The notes under the pieces: model-generated
Told to the model about the DNA's origin: nothing
What the model saw: only the letters and a program-made list of their open reading frames with translations
The model's database searches: none
Program-made: the position numbers and the translations under genes
Shown here: one piece after another, positions 48,324 to 58,063 of the stretch
Position numbering within the stretch: the stretch's first letter is position 1
Layout: every line of letters starts with the position of its first letter
Assembly (NCBI GenBank): GCA_963820625.1
Contig: CAWGAV010000017.1
Coordinates: forward strand, 32,888 to 96,887
Reading direction: 5' to 3'
Length of the DNA: 64,000 nucleotides
Source of the DNA: an uncultured delta proteobacterium
Lineage (GTDB): Bacteria > Desulfobacterota > BSN033 > UBA1163

Positions 48324-48722
48324 ATGAAAACCGTGATCGTCACTGCGGCGTTGATCATCGAACAAGGGAAAATTCTCGTCACCCAGAGAAAGGAGGATTC
48401 CTCCCATGGACTCCTCTGGGAATTTCCAGGAGGAAAGGTGAAAGAGGGGGAGGAACCGAGGGAGGCCTTGCGAAGAGAGTTAAAGGAGGAGTTGGATGTT
48501 GAGGTGGAGGTGGGAAGGATGTTCGATGCGGTCTTCCATTCCTATCCAGAATATCCTATCCTGCTTTTGGTCTATCGCTGTTGGATTGAGAAAGGCTCTC
48601 TCAAACCCATGGGGTGTCATGACCTCCAATGGGTGAACCTCAGGGAGTTGGAAAAATTGGTCATGCCACCAGCCGATGACCCTATTCGAAAACATCTCTT
48701 CTCCTCCAATGATACAAAATAA
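48324..48722 (+). CDS. NUDIX hydrolase (MutT-like)
   Basis: Nudix box GGKVKEGEEPREALRRELKEELDV. Start at MKTVIV. Confidence 0.75.
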   Translation: MKTVIVTAALIIEQGKILVTQRKEDSSHGLLWEFPGGKVKEGEEPREALRRELKEELDVEVEVGRMFDAVFHSYPEYPILLLVYRCWIEKGSLKPMGCHDLQWVNLRELEKLVMPPADDPIRKHLFSSNDTK

Positions 48723-48949
48723 ATAGTTCGGAGTGATTAGTTCGCCTGCCTGCCGCAGGCAGGGAGTTCTTAGTTTTAATCCTCTAAATTTCGAATACTG
48801 ACTCAAAACTTCGAACTCCGCCATTTGAATACTCCAAAATCGGCATTCAATTTTTAGTGCTACCTTCGGGGCAGTCAACGATTACTTCTTCAGTCAATTT
48901 CATATTGGAGAAAGAGGCCAATTGGGGTAGAATGAGTTTGGGATGAACC

Positions 48950-49792
48950 ATGGAGAAAGACCGAGTTCAAAGGTATGTTGAAAGTTTAGTAAGGACCATT
49001 CAAAATAACTATCGCTACTTGAAGGAAGCGATAGATGAATTTCAGGATATGTGTCGAATGGTCACCCCCGAAAGGCATATTCCAACGGGGATCCTCATCG
49101 ATATCCGTGAGATGTATAAGGAGATTCGCAACCGACTGACAGAGATTAAGGCCATCGAGCAACTCCTTCATGGGAAATATCGGCAGTACTATCGCCGAGA
49201 CTCCCTGCGCGATAAAGAGATTATGGAATTCGGATTCATCGCTAAAAATTGTTACTCCAAATTCGAATATACGATAATGCAGATAGAAGCGATGAAAAGG
49301 TTGAAAGAAATCTCCCCCAAGGTGGAGCCTCCGAGCGAAGCCTTCAAATGGTTTCGCTCTAAAGAGCACCAGATCGCCTTGATAAAAAATTTGAGGATGT
49401 TAATGGAATTGGATTACGAGCCCATCCCTGAAGAAGTCGGGGAGGAGAGGCGTGATTTGGCTGGAAGTCGAACCCTCACCCTCTTCCTGCTCAGTGGGGA
49501 TTCGCTCTCCCTCGACCACCTTCAATCGCAGATCCAATTTCGAGAACACGATATCATAGAGCGATATAGCCAAGAGGAGGTTCGTGGAGTTTTGGCTCAT
49601 TTGAGAAAGGTTGATCCTATTGAAGTGGAGAAGAAGTTTCACCAATTCATGGAGAGCAAAGGTTTGACCAAGCTCAAATGTCTCCTCCTGCCGATCCATT
49701 CCCCAAAAGATCTTGAGGGCGATCTATTCAATTTAATCAAAACAACTTTGCAAGAGATGGTCGAAGGGGGATTGAAGACACTTTCGATTTGA
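48950..49792 (+). CDS. Hypothetical protein
   Basis: 280-aa ORF with no recognisable motif. Good coding look: periodicity and charged helical repeats. Confidence 0.4.
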   Translation: MEKDRVQRYVESLVRTIQNNYRYLKEAIDEFQDMCRMVTPERHIPTGILIDIREMYKEIRNRLTEIKAIEQLLHGKYRQYYRRDSLRDKEIMEFGFIAKNCYSKFEYTIMQIEAMKRLKEISPKVEPPSEAFKWFRSKEHQIALIKNLRMLMELDYEPIPEEVGEERRDLAGSRTLTLFLLSGDSLSLDHLQSQIQFREHDIIERYSQEEVRGVLAHLRKVDPIEVEKKFHQFMESKGLTKLKCLLLPIHSPKDLEGDLFNLIKTTLQEMVEGGLKTLSI

Positions 49793-49809
49793 CACCCTCC
49801 TTTAAATAC

Positions 49810-49960
49810 CAAACTCCATGGAGCATAGAGCAAAGGGTTCACCCTCCGCCGTAGCGCTCCAATACCAGAGCTATGGTACGTCTTGCCGTTGTAATCAAGT
49901 CTGCTTTGGCGGAGTCTGCTCGGCGATCGGCTACGGAGGACGGGCATAGCAATAAAATCT
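49810..49960. repeat. Structured intergenic segment carrying GCATAGAGCAAAG / GTAGCGC / GCATAGC motifs between direct repeats TTTGACACC(C/T)TC(C/T)TTT
   Basis: Direct repeats at about 49783-49805 and 49965-49988. Internal inverted segments CGCCGTAGCGCTCC ... GGCTACGGAGGACGG. Confidence 0.4.
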
Positions 49961-50049
49961 TTTTTGGTTTGACACCTTCTTTTGAAGTCGTTATAAAGGG
50001 GTAATCCCCCTTGGTCCCCCTTTAGCAAAGGGGGGATTCAGGGGGATTT

Positions 50050-51321
50050 TTGGAAATCAGTCGGATTAGCAGGATGGATCAGAACCTTAAAGAATTTTAT
50101 TTCTTCAGCGATTTTTTAAATCGAAGGGTTTATGACACTTCCAGACAGAGGGTCGGCAAAATATCGGATTTAGTGGCCGAGAGGGCAGACCCTTATCCAA
50201 TGATCATTGGTATGATGATTCGAACAGGGGGAAGGGAGATGTACCTTCCCTGGGAGAAGATCATTCAAATCGAACCCCAGCTCACCCTTTCTGAGAAAGA
50301 ACTCTTGGATCTTAAAACATCCCTTCCGGAGAAAGATATCATCCTCCTCCGGGAAGCGGTGATGGACAAACAAATTGTCGATACCTTCGGGGCAAAGGTG
50401 GTAAGGGTCAATGACCTTCACTTTCTTCGGGTGGATTCTCGTCTAAGACTGATCCATGTCGATGTGGGATTTCGTGGACTGATGAGGAGGGTGGGATGGG
50501 AGAAGGTAGTAGATCAGGCCCTCCGCTGGTTCTTCTCCTATATCCTTCCCAATCAATTCATCTCCTGGAAATATGTCCAACTCCTTTCAGGTTCGGATCT
50601 CCTCCAACTCAGCGTATCTCAGAAGAAACTTTCCCATCTTCACCCTGCGGATTTGGCCGATATTATCGAGGACCTCAGTGGTCGTGAACGATCCGCCATC
50701 TTTCATGCCTTGGATGCCGAGACAGCTGCAGAAGCCTTGGAGGAGATCGATCCGAAGATTCAGAAGGCCTTGATCGAGACCATCCCTGTGGAGAAGGCAT
50801 CTGATATTGTCGAGGAGATGTCTCCCAGTGATGCCGCCGACCTTCTCGCCGATCTTCCTGAAGAGAGGGCTGAGGAAATCCTTGACGGAATGGAACAGGA
50901 GAAGGCCGAAGATCTGAGAGAACTCCTCGTCCATTCCGATGAGACAGCAGGTGGTTTGATGACCACCGCCTACCTCAGCCTGACCCCTGGAGTGACCGTA
51001 GAGACAGCCATTGCAAGATTGAAGGCGGAAGCTCCGAATCTGGACATCATGGACTACATTTTTATAGTGGACGAAGAGGAAATCCTCCAAGGGGTGGTAA
51101 GCATTCGTGACCTTCTCACCGCCCATTCCCATCAAACCCTCTCCGAAATTCAACCCGCAAGAGTGGTGAGTGTGAAACTGGATGAGGATCAGAATGAGGT
51201 GGTGGAGGCCTTTGCGAAATACGGATTCAGGGCCCTACCCGTCGTGGATGAAAAAGGCCATCTGAAAGGAGTGATCGGTTTCCGCAGTGTCCTGGACGTA
51301 TTAGCTCCAGAGGCAGGGTAA
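50050..51321 (+). CDS. Cytosolic MgtE-N domain plus CBS-pair protein (no membrane domain)
   Basis: MgtE_N-type acidic helical region (ADLADIIEDL...AADLLADLPEERAEEILDGME), then a tandem CBS pair (IFIVDEEEILQGVVSIRDLL; ALPVVDEKGHLKGVIGFRSVL). There is no TM segment. An N-terminal PRC-barrel-like region is possible. Confidence 0.55.
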   Translation: MEISRISRMDQNLKEFYFFSDFLNRRVYDTSRQRVGKISDLVAERADPYPMIIGMMIRTGGREMYLPWEKIIQIEPQLTLSEKELLDLKTSLPEKDIILLREAVMDKQIVDTFGAKVVRVNDLHFLRVDSRLRLIHVDVGFRGLMRRVGWEKVVDQALRWFFSYILPNQFISWKYVQLLSGSDLLQLSVSQKKLSHLHPADLADIIEDLSGRERSAIFHALDAETAAEALEEIDPKIQKALIETIPVEKASDIVEEMSPSDAADLLADLPEERAEEILDGMEQEKAEDLRELLVHSDETAGGLMTTAYLSLTPGVTVETAIARLKAEAPNLDIMDYIFIVDEEEILQGVVSIRDLLTAHSHQTLSEIQPARVVSVKLDEDQNEVVEAFAKYGFRALPVVDEKGHLKGVIGFRSVLDVLAPEAG

Positions 51322-51455
51322 TTCCCTAACCATCGCTATTATAGGAAGCGAGGGGGGATTCTAAATAAATTTTCAATAACCAAATTCCAAGTTTCAAATA
51401 AATTCCAATTATTCAATCATCAAACAATATTTCACTATTTGGTAAAGAAACTATT

Positions 51456-52712
51456 ATGACAAATTACTTCAAATGGGCTTCGAGTTCGAGGCATTCCCTG
51501 TGGAGAACAGTAGGGCTTTTCTTCATTCTAATGGGGCCAGGCATCATCACTTCCAATGTGGATAACGATGCCGGTGGTATCACCACCTATTCTTTAGCTG
51601 GAGCAGAATACGGACTCAAACTTATCTGGTCCCTGATCCCGATTATGATCGCCCTGATCGTGGTCCAGGAGATGTGCGCTCGCATGGGCGTGGTGACGGG
51701 TAAGGGACTCTCCGATCTAATTCGTGAAAAATTCGGCGCCAAGATTACCTTCTATCTGATGATCGGCGTGTTTTTAACCAATATGGGCAATGTCCTTTCC
51801 GAATTCGCAGGGGTGGCAGCAGGAATGGAAGTCTTCGGAGTCAATAAATTCATCTCCGTTCCTGTGAGCGCCTTTCTAGTCTGGTGGATGGTGGTCAAGG
51901 GAAATTATAAGTCCGTAGAGAAGGCGTTTCTGGTCGCCTGTGTATTTTATATCTCTTATGTGATCACCGGTATTATTGTGAAGCCGGATTGGGGGAATGT
52001 CTTTGAACAATTTCTGCATCCCCAGTTGAGTCTTCAGCCCTCAGAAATGACCATGCTCATTGGTGTGGTGGGGACAACGATCGCACCCTGGATGCAATTT
52101 TATCTGCAAGCTTCGATCGTGGAGAAAGGGATCAAGATAGAGGATTATAAATTCGCTCGATTTGATGTGGTCATGGGAGCGGTCATGGTCCACGTGGTTG
52201 CCTTCTTCATCATCCTCGTGTGTGCAGAAACTCTCTTCAAACACGGAATCCGGATTGAGACAGCCAAGGATGCGGCTCTTTCCCTCGCTCCCTTAGCGGG
52301 TAAATACTGTACCTATCTCTTCGCCTTCGGATTGGTCAATGCCTCTCTCTTTGCTGCTTCGATCCTTCCCCTCTCTACCACCTATCTCATCTGCGAAGGA
52401 CTGGGTTGGGAGACCGGTCTTGACAAAAAGTTTGTGGAGGCCCCTCAGTTCTATGGATTCTATTCCTTAATCATCTTTTTAGGAGCAGGCATCATCCTTT
52501 ATCCTAATTTCCCTCTGATCCCGATCATGTACTTCTCACAGGTCCTCAATGGGATGGTTCTCCCCTTTGTTCTCATCTTTATGATTCTTCTCATCAATGA
52601 TAAAAAGTTGATGATGGACCATACGAATGGCCCTATTTTCAATGCCATTGCTTGGGTGACCTCGATCGTCATGATCGGTTTCACCCTCCTACTGATCATT
52701 CGAATGGTTTAA
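51456..52712 (+). CDS. mntH: NRAMP-family divalent metal (Mn2+/Fe2+) transporter
   Basis: 418 aa polytopic protein with GPGIITSNVDNDAGGITTYS and the MCARMGVVTGKGL consensus of NRAMP TM1 and TM6. Confidence 0.75.
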   Translation: MTNYFKWASSSRHSLWRTVGLFFILMGPGIITSNVDNDAGGITTYSLAGAEYGLKLIWSLIPIMIALIVVQEMCARMGVVTGKGLSDLIREKFGAKITFYLMIGVFLTNMGNVLSEFAGVAAGMEVFGVNKFISVPVSAFLVWWMVVKGNYKSVEKAFLVACVFYISYVITGIIVKPDWGNVFEQFLHPQLSLQPSEMTMLIGVVGTTIAPWMQFYLQASIVEKGIKIEDYKFARFDVVMGAVMVHVVAFFIILVCAETLFKHGIRIETAKDAALSLAPLAGKYCTYLFAFGLVNASLFAASILPLSTTYLICEGLGWETGLDKKFVEAPQFYGFYSLIIFLGAGIILYPNFPLIPIMYFSQVLNGMVLPFVLIFMILLINDKKLMMDHTNGPIFNAIAWVTSIVMIGFTLLLIIRMV

Positions 52713-52832
52713 CCTTGTCAGGAGCTTTCCTGCTTACTCCTGCATGGGAGAGGTAGGGTTTTATGAACTTGAAATCTTGATTTTTCAATCAACCTCGGTT
52801 AACGTTCATCTACTACGAATTGAGGGAAGACC

Positions 52833-53744
52833 ATGAAAACGGTGATCATGGGTGCTGGAGCAATGGGAAGCCTCTTCGGTGGGCTCTTAGCCCTCAAAGG
52901 AGAGGATATCCGGCTGGTGGGTACCAGAAATGAACAGATCGATACGATTTGTTCAACCGGTCTCACCTTTGAAGAGAAAGGAAAGTTGAAGATCATCCCA
53001 ATGGAGGCTACTTCAGATGTGATATCCGTTGTAACAGCGGACCTGGTGATCTTTTTTGTCAAAACCTATGATACCGAAAAGGCGGTTTCAGATGCCCTGG
53101 TCCTTGAAAAAGAAGACACGATATTTCTTACCCTCCAGAATGGCCTTGGGAATGAAGAGGTCATTTGTAAGAAGGTGGATCGAAAAAAGGTGATGTTGGG
53201 AATCACAGGTCATGGGGCGATACTACTAGGACCGGGCCATATTCGCCATGCTGGATGGGGGAAAACTTTTATCGGGGAACTGGATCATCGAATCACCGAT
53301 CGGGCCAATCGAATTGCTCGGATGTTTTGTGATGCTGAAATCGAAACAGAGGTCTCCTCGAATATCCACAACCGCGTGTGGGAGAAACTCTTGGTCAATG
53401 TAGGGATCAATGCCTTGACCGCTTTGACCGGATTTAAAAACGGTCAACTCCTGGATTATCCCGAAACCGCAAGATTGATGGAGAAACTGGTGTTTGAGGG
53501 GGCAGAGGTTGCCAGGAGAAAGGGGATTCATCTCGAGGAGAATCCGATTGAAAAAGTTCGAAATGCAATAAAAGCAACGAGAGAAAACCGCTCTTCGATG
53601 GGTCAGGATTTTGATCACAGACGGAAAACTGAAATCGACGCCATCAATGGAGCTGTGGTGAAAGAAGCTCAACCATTGGGGATCCCTGTTCCTTTTAATC
53701 AAGCTGTGACCGATCTGGTCAAGGCCATCGAAAAAAGCTTCTAA
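52833..53744 (+). CDS. panE: 2-dehydropantoate 2-reductase
   Basis: MKTVIMGAGAMGSLFGG Rossmann motif and ApbA/PanE family body. Confidence 0.75.
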   Translation: MKTVIMGAGAMGSLFGGLLALKGEDIRLVGTRNEQIDTICSTGLTFEEKGKLKIIPMEATSDVISVVTADLVIFFVKTYDTEKAVSDALVLEKEDTIFLTLQNGLGNEEVICKKVDRKKVMLGITGHGAILLGPGHIRHAGWGKTFIGELDHRITDRANRIARMFCDAEIETEVSSNIHNRVWEKLLVNVGINALTALTGFKNGQLLDYPETARLMEKLVFEGAEVARRKGIHLEENPIEKVRNAIKATRENRSSMGQDFDHRRKTEIDAINGAVVKEAQPLGIPVPFNQAVTDLVKAIEKSF

Positions 53745-53852
53745 ACCAATGCCCCCCCTCTCCCTCTCCCGTAAGGAGAGAGGAGTTCCTCTTTTCTCCC
53801 CTCTCTTGACGGGAGGGGATTTAGGGGAGGGTGAAGGGGAATCATAAAGAGG

Positions 53853-54704
53853 ATGAAGGAGGTTAAGATGGAACGTAAAAAAATCACACCTGTTGATATC
53901 CAGGCGATGAAAAAAGAAGGGAAAAAGATTACGATGCTCACGGCTTATGACTATCCAATGGCCCTGCTCGAAGACCTGGCCGGGATCGAGATCATTCTGG
54001 TGGGAGATTCCCTGGGGATGACGGTATTGGGTTATGAGAACACCCTCCCGGTCACCATGGATGAAATGATTCACCACACCAAAGCGGTGACCCAGGGGGC
54101 AAAATATGCTCTGATCATCGGTGATATGCCCTTTATGTCCTATAACACATCTGAAAGGGATGCCATTCTCAATGCTGGCCGATTCATGAAAGAGGGAAGA
54201 GCCGATGCGGTGAAGTTGGAAGGAGGCGTCAGTGTCAAGGATATTGCGAGGGCGATCGTCAAGGCTGGGATTCCGGTGATGGGCCATATCGGGCTAACGC
54301 CTCAAACCATTTCAATGCTTGGAGGATTTAAGGTTCAGGGCAAGGATGCCCAGGCTGCCCAGAAGATCATTGACGATGCCTTGTTGCTCGAAGACGCAGG
54401 GGCCTTCTCTGTTCTCCTCGAAGCCATTCCAGCTCCCATTGCAAAGAGGATTACAGAGCGTCTGAACGTTCCAACCATTGGAATTGGTGCAGGCGTTCAT
54501 TGTGATGGTCAGGTATTGGTTGTCCATGATATGCTGGGACTGTTCGATCGCTTCACACCTAAATTTGCCAAACGATATGTCAATCTGAGTGAACTGATGC
54601 TCAAGGCCTTTGAGTCATACAGAGAGGAGGTATCCAAAGGAGCCTTTCCGACCGACCAGCATAGTTTCCACATCGATGAGAAAGAGTTGAGTAGAGTGAA
54701 ATAG
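53853..54704 (+). CDS. panB: 3-methyl-2-oxobutanoate hydroxymethyltransferase
   Basis: LTAYDYPMA...VGDSLGM...VKLEGG, the PanB hallmark. Confidence 0.85.
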   Translation: MKEVKMERKKITPVDIQAMKKEGKKITMLTAYDYPMALLEDLAGIEIILVGDSLGMTVLGYENTLPVTMDEMIHHTKAVTQGAKYALIIGDMPFMSYNTSERDAILNAGRFMKEGRADAVKLEGGVSVKDIARAIVKAGIPVMGHIGLTPQTISMLGGFKVQGKDAQAAQKIIDDALLLEDAGAFSVLLEAIPAPIAKRITERLNVPTIGIGAGVHCDGQVLVVHDMLGLFDRFTPKFAKRYVNLSELMLKAFESYREEVSKGAFPTDQHSFHIDEKELSRVK

Positions 54705-54751
54705 AGAGTATGTCAAGGGATGGGTGCTGACTGTAACTTAAAAAATGGAAG

Positions 54752-54815
54752 GACTGTGAAGCTCCGCCGATAGGGCGGGGCTTCACGGATAGCCGAAGCC
54801 TTCCAGCCTATCAGC
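54752..54815. repeat. ~60-bp palindromic repeat (family 5, copy 2)
   Basis: GTGAAGCTCCGCCGATAGGGCGGGGCTTCACGGATAGCCGAAGCCTTCCAGCC. See 14722-14785. Confidence 0.65.
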
Positions 54816-55081
54816 CTCTTCTTACCACCCATTGGGCTTGGAGTCTTTACGGGTTGTAGCATTGGAAAGGTTAACGTTACTCAAGTCGCCAAACCCCTTC
54901 TTCCGTACCTTGGATTGAATTTTACCACTGTCCTACTGATCACCTACTGGCCCTGGCTGACAATGGCCATTCCAAAGTTCCTTTTCAAATAATTATTTCT
55001 TCTTCACAATATTTTTCACAACATTTTAAACTTGAAATCGGATGGGGTTTGATATATCTTCTTCGTGAAGGAGGTGATGGT

Positions 55082-55315
55082 ATGCCGATTTCAGCTTACG
55101 TCTTTATTGAGTGCACGGCAGGGGCCGCCAGGGATGTCGCAAAGGAAGCCTCCAAGATACAGGGAGTGAAGCGAGCCAATGCTACGACCGGTCCTTATGA
55201 TGTGATCGTTCTGGTGGAGGCTCCGGACATCAATATCCTTGGCGATTTCATCGTCACCAAACTCCAGGGACTTTCTGGTGTACTGAGAACCCAGACCAAT
55301 GTGATTGTGGATTAA
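55082..55315 (+). CDS. Stand-alone Lrp/AsnC ligand-binding (RAM) domain protein
   Basis: MPISAYVFIECTAG...YDVIVLVEAPD is typical of the AsnC_trans_reg C-terminal domain. RBS GGAGGTGA 6 nt upstream. Confidence 0.55.
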   Translation: MPISAYVFIECTAGAARDVAKEASKIQGVKRANATTGPYDVIVLVEAPDINILGDFIVTKLQGLSGVLRTQTNVIVD

Positions 55316-55372
55316 TTAAATACGGGTAAAATCATTTCCAAGATCATAAAGCAATAGAAAGGAGGGGAGATC

Positions 55373-55465
55373 ATGGGAAGCGTGGTTAAGAAACGCCGAA
55401 AGAAGATGCGCAAACACAAACATAAAAAGCAACTCGACCGGGATCGTCATAAGAAAAAGAAATAA
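55373..55465 (+). CDS. 30-aa highly basic peptide (AURKAIP1/COX24-like MGSVVKKRRKKMRKHKHKK family)
   Basis: MGSVVKKRRKKMRKHKHKKQLDRDRHKKKK with SD AAAGGAGGGG upstream. Matches a widely conserved small basic bacterial peptide family. Confidence 0.5.
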   Translation: MGSVVKKRRKKMRKHKHKKQLDRDRHKKKK

Positions 55466-55473
55466 TTGTTTTC

Positions 55474-56292
55474 ATGCGAAGATATACCATCCATATTGTT
55501 CTTTTCATTTTGACAGTGGCCTCCACGTTGATCGTTGGAGGCCCTGCTTATTCTTTTGCCATAATCCTTATCCTTCTAGGACACGAAATGGGCCATTATT
55601 TGACGTCGCGAAGGTATGGGATAAGGGCGACTCTGCCTTTCTTTTTGCCCTTCCCCCTCCCACCTTTCGGGACACTGGGTGCAGTCATTCGCATGGAGAG
55701 CACCGTTTCTACTCGAAAAGCCCTTTTCGACACCGGCGTGGCAGGACCTCTCACCAGTCTTCTTCTCAGCATCCCTGCCATTGTGATCGGTTTAAGACTT
55801 TCCGAACTGATTCCTGCATCCCAAGTTAAAGAAGGAGCTCTTCGTTTGGCAGATCCACCCCTCTTCGCCTTGATTCAACGTTTGGTCTTGGGAGAGATTC
55901 CAGAAAATTATGAGATTTTACTCCACCCCATTGGATTTGCTGGATGGGTAGGCCTGTTTGTCACGGCCCTCAACCTCCTTCCAATTGGACAGTTAGATGG
56001 GGGTCACATTGCCTATGCTCTCTTCGGAAGGAAGAGCCGACTCATTTCCCTCATCGCCATCGCAGTCATGGCCTTTATTACTATATTCTACAATCCCGGG
56101 TGGTTTCTCCTGCTCATCCTCATGATCCTATTTGGATTCCGACACCCTGCCCCAATGGACGATCAAACACCACTCGATGGAAAAAGAAAATTGATCGGTG
56201 CCTTCGCTTTTCTGGCCTTTTTCCTCTCCTTCACCCCTGCTCCGTTTCCTCAATTCGTTGAAGAAATTAAACAGGCTTTGCACTGGTTCTAA
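55474..56292 (+). CDS. M50-family site-2 zinc metalloprotease
   Basis: The HEMGHY zinc motif lies within a TM helix of a polytopic membrane protein. Confidence 0.7.
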   Translation: MRRYTIHIVLFILTVASTLIVGGPAYSFAIILILLGHEMGHYLTSRRYGIRATLPFFLPFPLPPFGTLGAVIRMESTVSTRKALFDTGVAGPLTSLLLSIPAIVIGLRLSELIPASQVKEGALRLADPPLFALIQRLVLGEIPENYEILLHPIGFAGWVGLFVTALNLLPIGQLDGGHIAYALFGRKSRLISLIAIAVMAFITIFYNPGWFLLLILMILFGFRHPAPMDDQTPLDGKRKLIGAFAFLAFFLSFTPAPFPQFVEEIKQALHWF

Positions 56293-56347
56293 ATTGAGAA
56301 ATTAGGGATTGGAGATCAGGGGTTGACCAAAACCTAACCCTTGAAAC

Positions 56348-58063
56348 CTAAACCCGAGAGTGGCACCATTTCAGAATTTCTTTGAGGGAAAGAGTATTGA
56401 GAACATCTTTAGTTTCGAGCCATCCACGTCTTGCCACAGCAACTCCCAGACTGACCATCCACAACTGGTCTAAATGATGAGAATCGGTCCCGATTGCTAC
56501 TCGAATTCCCATCTCTTTTGCTTTCCGGCAATGGATATCATCTAAATCGAGGCGTTCGGAATAGGCATTGATTTCCAATGCCTTCCCATATTTCTTTGCA
56601 GCCTCCATCACCTCTTCGATCTCAACTTCATAGGGGTCCCTTGCTCCCAATAGCCTGCCGGAGGGGTGGGCGAGGATATGGATATAAGGATTTTCTAAAG
56701 CTCGAATGATCCTTTTCGTCATCTTTCCCTTATCCTGTTTGAATCCACTGTGGATGGCCGCCACCGCGATGTCGAGTTTCTCCAGAATTTTTTCAGGAAG
56801 GTCTATCTTTCCATCAGCGAGGATATCAACTTCCGTCCCTTTCAGGATTTGAAAGCCTTCCAGTTTTTCATTAACGCGATCAATCTCCTCAATCTGTTTC
56901 ATCAGTCTTGATTCATCAAGACCATGGGCAATCTTAAGGGACTTTGAGTGATCACAAATCGCCACATATCGATAACCCCTCTTCTGGGCAGCTCTGGCGA
57001 TCTCTTCGATCGATGAGGTGCCATCGCTCCATTTTGAATGGACATGAAGGTCTCCCTTGATTTCGGATTCCTGAACCAGTTTAGGAAGGCGCCCGTTTTG
57101 TGCAGCCTCAATCTCTCCACGGTCTTCACGAAGTTCGGGTTCAATCCAATCCATTTCCAGGGAGCGATAGACATCCTCTTCCGCTTTTCCTCCGACCTTT
57201 TTCGCTCTTTTGAAGACACCATATTCATTGATTTTGATCCCTTTGGCCTTAGCGATTCCCCTGAGATGAATGTTGTGCCCCTTAGATCCAGTGAAATATT
57301 GAAGAGCTGCGCCATAGGAATCTTCCTCCACAACACGAAGGTCAATCTGTGTCCCCCCTTCCACAATGACAGAAGCTTTGGTTTCTCCGGAAGCTAAGAC
57401 CTCTCTGACTTCTGGAAGATGGGTGAATGCCTGAACGATCTTCTCCTTATCCGGGCCAGTGGCCAAGATGTCGATGTCTCCGATATTCTCCTTCATCCTC
57501 CGAAGGGAACCTGCCCATTCAATCTTTTTTGATCCTGTCTTCTGCCTCAGGATTTCAACGATACGCTTGGCTATGGGAAAAGCCGCGCCTAAATTCATTC
57601 TGCCCTTGCTCTGTTTAAGGAGTTGAATTCCCCGTTTGATGTTCTCAATCTTTTTCTCACCGATTCCAAAAAGACCCATCAGGGATCCATTTTCCAATGC
57701 CTTTTCCAACTGGGTGAGGTTACTGATCCCCTTCTCCTTGTGGAGCATCGAAAGGGTCTTGGGCCCCATTCCAGGAATATCCATGATGGCGATCAATTCA
57801 TCCGATACTCCTTTTCTGACCTCCTCAAATTTGGAGATCTTTCCTGTCTTAAGATATTCCACAATCTTCTGAGCCATGCCTTCACCGATCCCCGGGATGT
57901 TTTTGAGTTCTCCTTGCTCAGAGATCTCTTCGATGTCTTGCGTGAGATCCCCAATGATCCTCGAAGCCTTTCGGTAGGCGCTGATCTTAAAAGGATTCTC
58001 ACCTTTAAATTCCAGGATGTCCGCCATCTTTTCAAAGAGATCGGCGAGTTCCTTATTTTTCAT
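56348..58063 (-). CDS. polX: DNA polymerase X-family enzyme with C-terminal PHP phosphoesterase domain
   Basis: 571 aa. Helix-hairpin-helix motifs (GIGEGMAQKI; GMGPKT), a Pol-beta-like nucleotidyltransferase core, and a PHP domain (HVHSKWSDG...HSDH). Confidence 0.8.
   Translation of the reverse strand: MKNKELADLFEKMADILEFKGENPFKISAYRKASRIIGDLTQDIEEISEQGELKNIPGIGEGMAQKIVEYLKTGKISKFEEVRKGVSDELIAIMDIPGMGPKTLSMLHKEKGISNLTQLEKALENGSLMGLFGIGEKKIENIKRGIQLLKQSKGRMNLGAAFPIAKRIVEILRQKTGSKKIEWAGSLRRMKENIGDIDILATGPDKEKIVQAFTHLPEVREVLASGETKASVIVEGGTQIDLRVVEEDSYGAALQYFTGSKGHNIHLRGIAKAKGIKINEYGVFKRAKKVGGKAEEDVYRSLEMDWIEPELREDRGEIEAAQNGRLPKLVQESEIKGDLHVHSKWSDGTSSIEEIARAAQKRGYRYVAICDHSKSLKIAHGLDESRLMKQIEEIDRVNEKLEGFQILKGTEVDILADGKIDLPEKILEKLDIAVAAIHSGFKQDKGKMTKRIIRALENPYIHILAHPSGRLLGARDPYEVEIEEVMEAAKKYGKALEINAYSERLDLDDIHCRKAKEMGIRVAIGTDSHHLDQLWMVSLGVAVARRGWLETKDVLNTLSLKEILKWCHSRV

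Noticed and set aside
51322-51455. yybP-ykoY manganese riboswitch upstream of the NRAMP gene
   Set aside because: The AT-rich 135-bp leader lacks the conserved GGGGAGUAG / CAUACA motifs or paired stems.
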